Shown piece after piece: positions 25,301 to 34,388 of a stretch of 64,000 nucleotides of DNA. The position numbers and the translations under genes were made by a program. How positions within the stretch are numbered: the stretch's first letter is position 1; every line of letters begins with the position of its first letter. The notes beneath the pieces are model-generated. The model was not told where the DNA came from. It saw only the letters and a list, made by a program, of their open reading frames with translations, and ran no database searches. This DNA is from Bugula neritina (taxonomy: Eukaryota > Animalia > Bryozoa): positions 6,852,741 through 6,916,740 of the forward strand of contig OZ037768.1 of the NCBI GenBank assembly GCA_964035545.1, read 5' to 3'.

Positions 25301-25477
25301 AAATTTAAATGTTATATGAAGAAATTTCAACATTGTAGCTCTGTATTGAGTCATTTAGTTTTGTTACGTTTGAAGGTATCCAAGAAAGACCGAACTGAAA
25401 CCCACTTCCTCCCTGTGCTGGCCACCGTCAAATCTAATCTTCCTCGGTTCATCAAATACAAGCTTAAAGTTCTATAA
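19394..25477 (+). CDS. HEATR3: HEAT repeat-containing protein 3 (Syo1 orthologue; ~646 aa, 15 coding exons)
   Basis: Exons 19394-19531, 19813-19985, 20172-20259, 20567-20771, 21212-21346, 21827-22002, 22318-22374, 22521-22605, 22882-22967, 23260-23417, 23760-23896, 24048-24127, 24773-24919, 25036-25209, 25376-25477 (1941 nt). Basic N-terminus MGKDRSQKRHK..PTG; AQCLYTLSEEN; AQKLSFEIITNL followed by an acidic loop; ESLDSIMDVFAED; VKSNLPRFIKYK. All match the recalled HEATR3 pattern. Confidence 0.88.
20503..20579 (+). repeat. 29-bp tandem repeat (2 full + 1 partial) spanning the acceptor of HEATR3 coding exon 4
   Basis: ttacagagagttggtatttctatata at 20503 and 20532; ttacagagggttagtattt at 20561. 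Confidence 0.88.
20761..20900 (+). repeat. 20-bp tandem repeat x7 spanning the donor of HEATR3 coding exon 4
   Basis: cttagccgcaggtaaatact x3 identical, then four progressively diverged copies. Confidence 0.95.
22705..22832. repeat. 16-bp intronic minisatellite x8
   Basis: Unit tagta(g/c/t)tat(a/g)cccaag. Confidence 0.92.
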
Positions 25478-27665
25478 TGATATAATATAATACTGTATTG
25501 TATATAGAGAGTTTATCTTTAATTTACTAAAACTCTTTTCTTGATGCAAGTAAGGAAGTTGATAATTCAAGAGTCACTTAGTTAAATGTTGGCTCCTACA
25601 GATTTTACATAAATTATTTATGAGGAAACATACATTTCAATTTAACACTTTATTGAAAATTATTGTGTATGATGTCAACTTAGCTTTTAATGAGATGTTT
25701 TATCCTGTATCTAGCTGTTAGCAGGTTTTAGTAGATGCATACTAATATTTCTGTTAGATGTTGATTTTATGTTATACCATTTAAATCATTGGCAAAGGGT
25801 TAATGTGTAATCGGACTGCTATTACGTGGTAACAATGTTTTACATAAATAAAACACTGTATGCATTTAACTGTGCTTGCTGATGAATTTTGCCTTTCTTA
25901 GTTGGCCTAACTGATAGACTTAATAAAAAGGCATCAAGTTGATAGCAAAAATTGTTTTTTTTAAATTAGTGAAAATTTTGAATTTTTAGGTTATTGAAAG
26001 CAAAAGTTGATCCTGATGGATTAGGTTTGAATGTGCAGGAAAACATGAATAAGTTTCAAGAGCAGGAAAATAATGTTGAAAGAAATTTTCTCTGAGCAGA
26101 AGTTTCAAAATGTGAAATTATTTTGTAAATTAAGATCAAAGTACATTTACCACCATTTACTATTTGCAAAGTCAGCAATATTTTCTCTACTGTAATTTAC
26201 TCATCTAAAATTATGTAATGTAGTTGTACATCATAACCATGATCACTGTTCTAGAGTTGGTGTATAATAACTTTGGTTCAAATAAGTAGCATTCTGACAT
26301 TTTGGCAGGCTCTGTTTTGAGACTCTCCAGGACCATTATACAATAATATTTCCTTCCTATAGTTTTAATTTTAGTCAGTCTATTTTTTGATATATTATGT
26401 ATAGCTCTAGCTTTATAATAATTGTGTTTTATAAGGAGAAAATAATAAAATAAGTAGTTTATGTTCGCATTATGCTTTTGTTTTAGACCACAGATTATCA
26501 ATATCTAATTAATGCTTATGCAAACAAACATTTTTATAATCTGGTAGCACATAAAGCACTCACGTCTAGATCAAATATAATATTATAGTGCTGGTGTTGA
26601 ATTAAATTTAATAGTTTCAACCAAAATTAGTCAACTCATTTCGTCTACTACATTCACACAACCTGTATAATGTATTAGCTTGGCTGCAACAATTACTCCA
26701 TGCTTAAGCTCCTTTCTTAATATGCAGGGAAAGTACGGCCTCCAAGTTAGAGTGTTTTGTCTGGCGGTACTCAACAGTTCTGGATTATACACTCACTCTT
26801 GCACCCCAACCCCGCTATAATTTATTTATCCATAATCAACCCTTCTCATTTTTTCTCGATTGTATTCCCCAGTCTTTCTCGCGCACACTCTTTTATATCC
26901 ATCATAATAATATTATTTATAACCACACAGGCCACACCTACATGTACACCATACTATGTGCATGGCCACTATAACTATACATTACTATGGCCGAATCGAC
27001 CTAATTCATAGTTGTGCTCTCTTGGTATGGCAGAGAAAAATCATTTCGTACCAACCAATGAACTCAATAATTATTCCAGCTCAGTGGTACCAACCTCTAA
27101 AACAGCGTACGCTGTGCAACACTTCCCTCGTTCAGACTCTAGTGACTAGAGTCTAGTCTAAGTCCAGATAAAACTACACTAGTGCTGCTACTAGTACTAA
27201 AAGCTTACTAGTATTAGAAAATTCTTTTTAATAGTACTCATAGTAGTAAGTTTTTTTTTGTTGTGCTAACCCTAACTGGCCGAGTAATAGTAATACTAAT
27301 AGTAAATGTAACAGTAATACTAATAGTAATAGTAATAGTGATGTCGATATCAGATATCATATTCATAATGATAATGCCAATGGTAATGAGAATCAAAATG
27401 ATACGAATTGTCGTTGTTATTTAAATTAAAAATTGTGCTATTCATTTACTCGACTAGGCTTATAGTTTTTATGCTAATACACAATACTAAAAATATATAT
27501 TATTTACCTATAGCAGTTACTCATAATAATAATGGGTGTTGCTCCCTGTTGATAGAACCTTGACCTATCAGTTGGGAACACAACTCTAACAATATGTAGT
27601 ATCTAATTTCTAAATAAAATTATTATAAGTGTATAGGGTATTGAAAGTGTAAAATACAAACATAC

Positions 27666-27937
27666 TGTAGTGAGGACGTAATACGCGCGTCCCCCGTATT
27701 CCTTCAGCCTATCCGAGTGCATCACGTGATAACCCTCAGCTAGTAGTAGTTTGTCAGTAGAGAGAGCGTATTAACTAAGCGAAGATGTAATCTCTAATCT
27801 GTGTACGTGCTGTATCTTTTATATAATTAGTAGGAATAAACTTTGGAAACTCTTACTTAAATACTTTATTGATGTGGATAAATAGACTATAATTACAAGC
27901 TAGGAACCCACGCATAGTAATTGCACAAATTACTACA
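27666..27937 (+). repeat. 5' LTR (272 bp)
   Basis: TG...CA ends with 6-bp inverted repeat; E-box ATCACGTGAT 27721-27730; TATATAA ~27820; AATAAA 27835-27840. Differs from the 3' LTR by 2 substitutions and one 1-bp indel. Confidence 0.96.
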
Positions 27938-27938
27938 G

Positions 27939-27957
27939 TGGTGGCAGCGGTGGGATT
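27939..27957 (+). promoter_or_regulatory. Primer-binding site complementary to the 3' end of tRNA-Leu (AAG/TAG type)
   Basis: TGGTGGCAGCGGTGGGATT, 1 nt after the LTR, is the reverse complement of AATCCCACCGCTGCCA-CCA, the recalled 3' end of metazoan tRNA-Leu(AAG/TAG). Confidence 0.88.
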
Positions 27958-27998
27958 TCTAGCTACTGTATAAGAACAATGAGAAGTATTAGAACATC

Positions 27999-29663
27999 AT
28001 GGACGAGAGAGTAACTTCAATGGAAGGAGGTGAGCGAAACATTATTATAGGCCCTCTCGGAGCTGGAGAGGAGGTATATAGGAACACATTAGAGGTTCCC
28101 GTGTTCACGGGCCTCGAGGATGTTGAACAGTTCATTCAAGAGTTCCGTGAAGTTGCAGCCATTACAAGATGGCCGCCAAGAGTAACTCTTACGAAACTGC
28201 GGATGGCACTGACGGAAGAAGCCAAGCCGTACGGGTGGAAGTCTAGCGTAAACGGGATCATTGCTACACTACGGGCCCGTTTTGGCATGCCCGTTGCCGT
28301 CGCCAAGTCCAGGCTGCGAGGATTACTCCGCAAGACATGTACACCGCTTCCTGACCACGCCACTCTGGTGCAGAGACTGGCACGGACCGCGTATAGCGAT
28401 CTGCCAGAAACACACAGACGGCACTACACATTCGAAGCCTTTGTACAGTCTCTCAACTCTTTGGACTTCCACCACCAGTTACAAGCCAAGGGAGTGACCA
28501 CAATCGAGGCTGCAATCCAGGAGAACAAGGCCTACGCTGGAGCCGAGCGACTCTATAAGACGGAAGAGGCCACTCCCCAGACCTCTAGGGAACCAGACCA
28601 TCCGGTCCGCATAGCTGCCGCGACCATTAAACCCCCCATAGAGATGGAGATAAGCCGCTTGATGACTAGACTGGGACGATTGGCGGCGACGATAACATAC
28701 AACCACTCAAGGAAGAGTAAGAGGACGGCAGCAAAACCCCCCAGACCTATGATGCGACGCTGGGAAAGCGGCAACCAGGGGCACCGCCACCCGAGCGGCC
28801 CACGATTCAAACGGCAGCAGAAGCCACAACCTCCCCGGAGACCCCCAGAGCTCCGCGGGCCCACACCGAGAGAAAAACGGGGTGGATGTCGCCAGGAGCC
28901 CGTACGGGCCCAGCAGCACACCCCCCGTCAATGGCAAACACCTCGCCGAACCAGCCAACCGGGTCGACCACGAGACCCCTTCTCTCTGCCTCTCACCAAC
29001 CGCTTCGGTCCGTTACCAGTAATGGAACAGACCAGCGAGGCCCCTCAGGGCATCGGGGAGGATAAAAACACCTCCCCGCAAGGAAACTCTCACCGGCCCC
29101 GCAAACCGCGGAACAAACGGGCACAGCCCCGTTCGGCCGAGACCGAGCACGCTGGGGGAGTACGGGTACAACCACACGGAGGCAGCTACTTCTTGCCAGG
29201 GAAGGTGGCCGGTAAAGCTGTCACCTTCCTGTTAGACTCCGGGTGTACCACTAATCTCCTCAGCCGTCGGGTCTTCGACACCCTCCCTCTCAAGGAGAGG
29301 GGAGCCTTAGCTCCCTATACCGGGGAACCGGGCACCCTAGCTGACGGGTCACGGATTCCTTTCTACGGTATCATAGAATTGGCTGGGCGCGTCCGCGACC
29401 AGGCCATTCAGGAAACCTTCGTCATCAGCCCACTGGAGGAAGATGCGATACTGGGGATGCCATTCTTGAAGAGACACGGGTGCCATATTGACTTTAGCAA
29501 GTCAGCCATGCTAATGGGCGGCAAAGAGCTCACCTGTGTCGACAAGTTCGGTCGTCCTCTAGCGGGAGGTGTGCAGGTAGTACGTAACTGTACTATACCC
29601 GGCCGCTCCCGGGCTACCGTTCACTGCAGAGTGAACTACCGTTCACTGCAGAGTGAACAATAG
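27999..29663 (+). CDS. gag: Gag + aspartic protease (5' part of an originally continuous gag-pol ORF)
   Basis: Capsid-like VPVFTGLEDVEQFIQEF..W...LRARFG; degenerate knuckle RWESGNQGHRHPSG; protease FLLDSGCTTNLL and DAILGMPFL. The ORF ends just after the 22-bp duplication. Confidence 0.9.
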   Translation: MDERVTSMEGGERNIIIGPLGAGEEVYRNTLEVPVFTGLEDVEQFIQEFREVAAITRWPPRVTLTKLRMALTEEAKPYGWKSSVNGIIATLRARFGMPVAVAKSRLRGLLRKTCTPLPDHATLVQRLARTAYSDLPETHRRHYTFEAFVQSLNSLDFHHQLQAKGVTTIEAAIQENKAYAGAERLYKTEEATPQTSREPDHPVRIAAATIKPPIEMEISRLMTRLGRLAATITYNHSRKSKRTAAKPPRPMMRRWESGNQGHRHPSGPRFKRQQKPQPPRRPPELRGPTPREKRGGCRQEPVRAQQHTPRQWQTPRRTSQPGRPRDPFSLPLTNRFGPLPVMEQTSEAPQGIGEDKNTSPQGNSHRPRKPRNKRAQPRSAETEHAGGVRVQPHGGSYFLPGKVAGKAVTFLLDSGCTTNLLSRRVFDTLPLKERGALAPYTGEPGTLADGSRIPFYGIIELAGRVRDQAIQETFVISPLEEDAILGMPFLKRHGCHIDFSKSAMLMGGKELTCVDKFGRPLAGGVQVVRNCTIPGRSRATVHCRVNYRSLQSEQ

Positions 29664-32600
29664 CCAACTCTCGGGGTTAGGGATTGTCGAAGGTGCGCAC
29701 ACTAGAATCCAACTCGCCAGCAGTCTTAACCGGCTGACTGACCGAGGAGAGATCTTGGTGCAGTGTGTCAACCCCTTCTCCGAAGCGGTACAATTACCGT
29801 CAGGATCCATGCTGGGTCGCTTCCACTCCATCCAGGAGGAGGATATAGGGCCGTCGCTGGGAGCTGCGACGGAAGGTCCCCAACAGAGCCCGTCAGTTAG
29901 GCGGGGGACCGTCCCACCACACGTCAAAGAGCTATACCAGGCAGCGTGTAACGGCTGCACGGGCAACGTGGAACGCCAGACTATGGCTCAGTTGCTACGT
30001 GATTATAGCGACGTGTTCAGCAGTGGGGACCATGACGTCGGCCTGACCACGGCCGTCCGTCATGAGATACCGCTAGCTGCAGGGACTACCCCTATTCGGC
30101 AGCCCACTAGGAGGCTGGGACACGAGAAGGAAAAGGAGGTCAGCCAACAAGTCCGGGATCTTTTGGACCGCGGCCTCATCGAGCCAGCACATAGTACGTG
30201 GAGTTCACCGGTCGTTCTGGTCCGAAAGAAAGACGGCAGTTGGCGGTTCTGTGTGGATTATCGCAAGCTCAATAGCGTGACCATACAGGACGCCTACCCC
30301 TTACCCAGGATCGACGAATCTCTGGACGCCTTAGCCGGCAGCAAGTACTTCAGTACGCTAGACTTGTTGAGCGGCTGTTGGCAGGTCCCCCTCAGCCCAG
30401 ACGCCCAAGAGAAGGCGGCGTTCATCATGCGGGACGGCTTATGGAAGTGGAAAGTCCTCCCCTTCGGACTGACTTCTGCCCCCGCCACGTTCCAGCGGCT
30501 CATGGAACAGGTCCTCAGTGGACTCCACTGGAAGACACTGCTAGTATACCTCGACGACGTCATCGTGATCTCCCCAGACTTTCAGACACACGTCAGCCGT
30601 CTGCGGGAGGTCTTCGATCGACTCCGAGGCGCCAATCTGAAGCTCAAACCCTCCAAGTGCGCTCTCTTGCAGCCAGAGGTGAAGTACCTGGGGCACATCG
30701 TCGGCCGTCACGGTGTGGCGACGGATCCTGAAAAGGTACGAGTTATAGAAGATTGGGTAACCCCCCAGGATTTGACCGGGCTACGGGCTTTCCTGGGGCT
30801 GGTAGGGTATTACAGGCAATACATACCAGACTTTGCGGGGGTAGCGCAGCCATTAAACCGGCTCACCGCAAAGGGGGTGACCTGGCAGTGGACTCCCGTC
30901 GAACAGAGAGCGTTCGACTGCCTCAAGGGCCGCCTGCTGGAGGCCCCTATCCTGGCCTATCCAGACCCTGCCCTGGAGTACATCCTCGATACTGACGCCA
31001 GTGACCAAAATGTCGGCGCTGTGCTGTCCCAGGTGCAGGAGGGCCGCGAAGTAGTCGTGGCCTACTACAGTAAGTCTCTCTCGCCCACTGAACGAAATTA
31101 CTGCACTACCCGAAAGGAATTACTGGCAGTAATCAAGTCAGTGAAGCATTTCAGACCTTATCTATACGGCAGGAAGTTCCGCTTGCGGACCGACCACGCC
31201 TCCTTGATTTGGTTATGTAAGAGAACAGAACCGTCCAGCCAAGTCGCCCGATGGCTCGAGGTCCTGGCCGAGTTCTCTTACCGGATCGAGCACCGACCCG
31301 GTAAGAAACACAGCAATGCTGATGGACTGAGCCGGCGACCGGACGAGGGGTGTAAACAGTGCCTCAACATCGAGAAGAGGGACGGAGGTCCTCCAAAATC
31401 CGAGTTGAGAGCACTGAACCACTCTGAAACGGAGTATGACTGGGACCAGGGTCAACTCCTACAGAAGGCCGCTACGCCCCCGGAGGCTATCCAACGCCTC
31501 CGTGCCAATCCTGTTTTGGCTGATAACGTTAGGGAGCTACGAAGACTCCAGGAGGACCTCCCTGGAGTGGTAGCCGACGTATATCGTGCCAAAAAGGAGG
31601 GGCGACGACCCAGTGAAGAACAACTGCGGCAGGGATGCACCGAGTTACGGTCGTACTGCCAACGTTGGGACTCCCTGCGGATCGGGCCAGATGGTCTGCT
31701 GACCATCACAGTGGCTGCTCACAACAACCAGTACGGCAGGAAGAGGGTGATCTGCCCAGCCGCCATACGCCGGGAGTTAGTATGGGACACCCACAAACAG
31801 GCCCATGCCGGGGTGAGCAGGGTGCTCTCCAAGTTACAACTCCGGTGGTACTGGCCCGGCATGGAGCGTGAGGTGCGGCGTAGAGTCAAACAATGCGAAA
31901 TCTGCCAGGCCAGCAAGCATGGCCGTCTCCCTGGCGAAGCGGGACGGCGTAGGCTATATGCTGGGAGGCCGTGGCAGGTGGTAGCTATCGACCTAGTCGG
32001 ACCCATGCCCGTCACCTCCAGAGGAAACAGTTGGATCCTAGTATTAACCGACCACTTTACACGGTGGGCGGACGCCCTGGCTATTCCAGATGCGTCCGCC
32101 CCCACGGTGGCCAGGGTGCTGGACCAAAATGTATTCTGCTATCTTGGACTACCTGAGCAAATACATTCGGACCAGGGGGCTCAATTCCAGTCCCAACTGT
32201 TGAGCGACCTCTGCCGCCTCTGGGGAGTAAACCAAAGCAGGACCACCCCGTACCATCCTCAGGGCAACGGGGTGGTGGAACGCAACAACCGCATGTTGGG
32301 CGATGCACTGCGCAGTCTGCTCCTCGGCCGGGGTCAGGAGGAGTGGGATACGGTACTGCCGCAAGTCATGCGGGCCTACCATAGTACACCACACACCAGT
32401 ACGGGAGAAACCCCTAACCTCCTGATGCTCGGTCGAGAGACGCGAGTGCCTGACCACCTCACATACCACATCCCAGAGCAGGACTATACCATCCACGAGT
32501 ATGCCAGTAAATTGGTAGAGGACCTGAGGGCCGCACACGAAATACTGCGGGCGAAGCAGTGGCAGGTACGGCGAGAGGACTCTCAGGAACCACCCCTCTA

Positions 32601-33480
32601 TCAAACTGGGGACTGGGTGTGGATGGTCAACTACCGTAGGCGTCGAGGACAAGCGGCTAAGCTCCAGCCTAAGTTTGTGGGACCCTACGTAGTAGTTGAG
32701 GCTATGCCCAATCATACGTACAAGTTGGAGCGATCTGGAAAGGTCTCTGTCCAGAACGAAGCCCGCTTGAAACCGTATTGGGCTAGCCCAGGAGCAGCAG
32801 GAGCAGCCCCCCCGTTGTTGGAGCCCAGGAGGCAGACAGTAACGCGCGGGCGGCAACGGCATGGATCAGAATACGAAGTGGTTGTGCCGCGGGGAGAGGA
32901 CTTGGTGAGGCAGGAGACGCCACTCCCACCAACGGAAGTGCGCCCACCGCCCCCAGTACCAAGTCTACCCCCACCACTTCCGGTTCCGCATCCGCGTCCG
33001 GAAGTGCAAAACCCCCCCGTGGGAGGGGCTCCATCTGGAGACAACAGCGGAGAGGGGAACACCACCACCAACGGCGGGCCAGAAACACCACAGGTGGAGC
33101 AAAATAGCCCACCAGTGAGTACGCCGCCCCAACCAACAGCTACAACTCCCTCTCCAGCTGATACGTCACCTCCGCTGGAACGGGGACAGCGTACTAGACA
33201 ACCCCCAGCATACCTTAAAGACTTCATATGTGACCGTGTTACAAACGGCAGTTATGAAAGTCTAGCTGGGCGCCGTACGGAAGGACTGGCAACAAAGCGT
33301 GGGAGTTGTGAACACCACGGAAATCTCAACTTTTGCGAAGGCGGAGTAGTAAACAAAACTACTACGCCCGGGGCAAATAGTTCCAGCCGTGCGCAACAAC
33401 CACGCTGCCCAGTCTTTTCGTACGCTGACGTTGTCAAGGGAAGACGCATTCAAACTCAATCCACGGACATCCAAGCTTGA
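29653..33480 (+). CDS. pol: Pol: reverse transcriptase, RNase H, integrase (frame-disconnected from gag-PR in this copy)
   Basis: RT: WRFCVDYRKLN, LPFGLTSAPATFQR, YLDD. RNase H: DAS, ELLAV, TDH, NADGLSR. Integrase: HKQAH..CEIC, D(AIDLVGP)-D(HSDQG)-E(NGVVER), GPY motif (PKFVGPY). Confidence 0.95.
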   Translation: MNNSQLSGLGIVEGAHTRIQLASSLNRLTDRGEILVQCVNPFSEAVQLPSGSMLGRFHSIQEEDIGPSLGAATEGPQQSPSVRRGTVPPHVKELYQAACNGCTGNVERQTMAQLLRDYSDVFSSGDHDVGLTTAVRHEIPLAAGTTPIRQPTRRLGHEKEKEVSQQVRDLLDRGLIEPAHSTWSSPVVLVRKKDGSWRFCVDYRKLNSVTIQDAYPLPRIDESLDALAGSKYFSTLDLLSGCWQVPLSPDAQEKAAFIMRDGLWKWKVLPFGLTSAPATFQRLMEQVLSGLHWKTLLVYLDDVIVISPDFQTHVSRLREVFDRLRGANLKLKPSKCALLQPEVKYLGHIVGRHGVATDPEKVRVIEDWVTPQDLTGLRAFLGLVGYYRQYIPDFAGVAQPLNRLTAKGVTWQWTPVEQRAFDCLKGRLLEAPILAYPDPALEYILDTDASDQNVGAVLSQVQEGREVVVAYYSKSLSPTERNYCTTRKELLAVIKSVKHFRPYLYGRKFRLRTDHASLIWLCKRTEPSSQVARWLEVLAEFSYRIEHRPGKKHSNADGLSRRPDEGCKQCLNIEKRDGGPPKSELRALNHSETEYDWDQGQLLQKAATPPEAIQRLRANPVLADNVRELRRLQEDLPGVVADVYRAKKEGRRPSEEQLRQGCTELRSYCQRWDSLRIGPDGLLTITVAAHNNQYGRKRVICPAAIRRELVWDTHKQAHAGVSRVLSKLQLRWYWPGMEREVRRRVKQCEICQASKHGRLPGEAGRRRLYAGRPWQVVAIDLVGPMPVTSRGNSWILVLTDHFTRWADALAIPDASAPTVARVLDQNVFCYLGLPEQIHSDQGAQFQSQLLSDLCRLWGVNQSRTTPYHPQGNGVVERNNRMLGDALRSLLLGRGQEEWDTVLPQVMRAYHSTPHTSTGETPNLLMLGRETRVPDHLTYHIPEQDYTIHEYASKLVEDLRAAHEILRAKQWQVRREDSQEPPLYQTGDWVWMVNYRRRRGQAAKLQPKFVGPYVVVEAMPNHTYKLERSGKVSVQNEARLKPYWASPGAAGAAPPLLEPRRQTVTRGRQRHGSEYEVVVPRGEDLVRQETPLPPTEVRPPPPVPSLPPPLPVPHPRPEVQNPPVGGAPSGDNSGEGNTTTNGGPETPQVEQNSPPVSTPPQPTATTPSPADTSPPLERGQRTRQPPAYLKDFICDRVTNGSYESLAGRRTEGLATKRGSCEHHGNLNFCEGGVVNKTTTPGANSSSRAQQPRCPVFSYADVVKGRRIQTQSTDIQA

Positions 33481-33545
33481 ACGCTGAGTATGATTACAAA
33501 TACCGGGTTCTCAGGTAAGCTTGCTCTGAGCTAACATTTCCACTC

Positions 33546-34388
33546 ATGGAAACCAGTCTACCATCAGTCAGTTCTGATTTAATCGCCTTGATTGAATCAC
33601 AACTACTGGGGACTGAGTCCTACGTGAAAGGCGACGAGAACATAAAGATGGCCGACGATCTACTAGATCTGGAGCTTGACACTATGTCTCTCTGTCAGTC
33701 TACACGACACGACTCAGTCCCTCGAGTGCTATCTGAAAATATGTATGACTCCCAGACTAGTAACAGTCGGTTGTCATCAGAATTATGGTGTAAAGATCAC
33801 ATTCGATCTAACAGTAATTCTGCTCTTTTAGATACCGCTCTCTCTCCTCTCTCTGGTGACATGCCGTCACTAGAAATGGCTTGGAACGAGGAACCCGTTC
33901 CCACTACTCTTCCGGAGGCACTCTTACAGCAGTCATGCTGGGTTACACCAGATACAGAAACACTGATACGAGAGCACAAGGGAGACGACCAATGCACCAC
34001 CTGCCGTTTATGCCAGCTTCACTTCACTACTCCACGAAGACTTCGAGTCCATATTCCCCAACATTATTTCACCACCTTTTGTCCCTGTGGTGAATATAGT
34101 TACCACAGGGACTACATCCTCCGTCACCAGCGAACTATGGGATGCCATGTTGGACACCTTTTCGAAGTCGACGAACCCTCCTTTCCACAATTCCTTAATC
34201 TCATCCGACCATTCATACCAGACCCAGCTCGCTATGAACGGCTGCGTCAGGAGTTCCCCGCACCCAGGACCATCACACAGGGACCCTGCCCTAAACCACC
34301 CGGATATAGGAAACCACACGTACCCCGTCCCTCACCCCCCGCACGCACAGTGCCCCGCCCCGACTCTATACCAAGAGTCGTGTTATGA
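33546..34388 (+). CDS. Retrotransposon ORF3: 280-aa protein with acidic/Ser-rich N-terminus, two zinc fingers and Pro-rich tail
   Basis: Intact ATG-to-stop ORF inside the LTRs, starting 66 nt after the pol stop. CRLC-x3-F-x5-L-x2-H-x3-H (canonical C2H2) then CPC-x12-H-x5-C(H). No signal peptide or TM helix. Confidence 0.8.
   Translation: METSLPSVSSDLIALIESQLLGTESYVKGDENIKMADDLLDLELDTMSLCQSTRHDSVPRVLSENMYDSQTSNSRLSSELWCKDHIRSNSNSALLDTALSPLSGDMPSLEMAWNEEPVPTTLPEALLQQSCWVTPDTETLIREHKGDDQCTTCRLCQLHFTTPRRLRVHIPQHYFTTFCPCGEYSYHRDYILRHQRTMGCHVGHLFEVDEPSFPQFLNLIRPFIPDPARYERLRQEFPAPRTITQGPCPKPPGYRKPHVPRPSPPARTVPRPDSIPRVVL

Noticed and set aside
26700-27160. GC-richer patch with short ORFs upstream of the LTR
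   Set aside because: No coherent reading frame, splice chain or recognisable motif on either strand.
29078-29090. CAAGGAAAC as a -1 frameshift site at the end of gag
   Set aside because: Not a valid X XXY YYZ heptamer, and gag already reads in frame into the protease.
32149-33227. Long antisense ORFs (237 aa, 171 aa) and other overlapping ORFs inside the retrotransposon
   Set aside because: Shadows of GC-rich pol coding sequence; no recognisable motifs.
33546-34388. ORF3 as an envelope gene
   Set aside because: No signal peptide, fusion peptide or TM anchor; it has zinc fingers instead.
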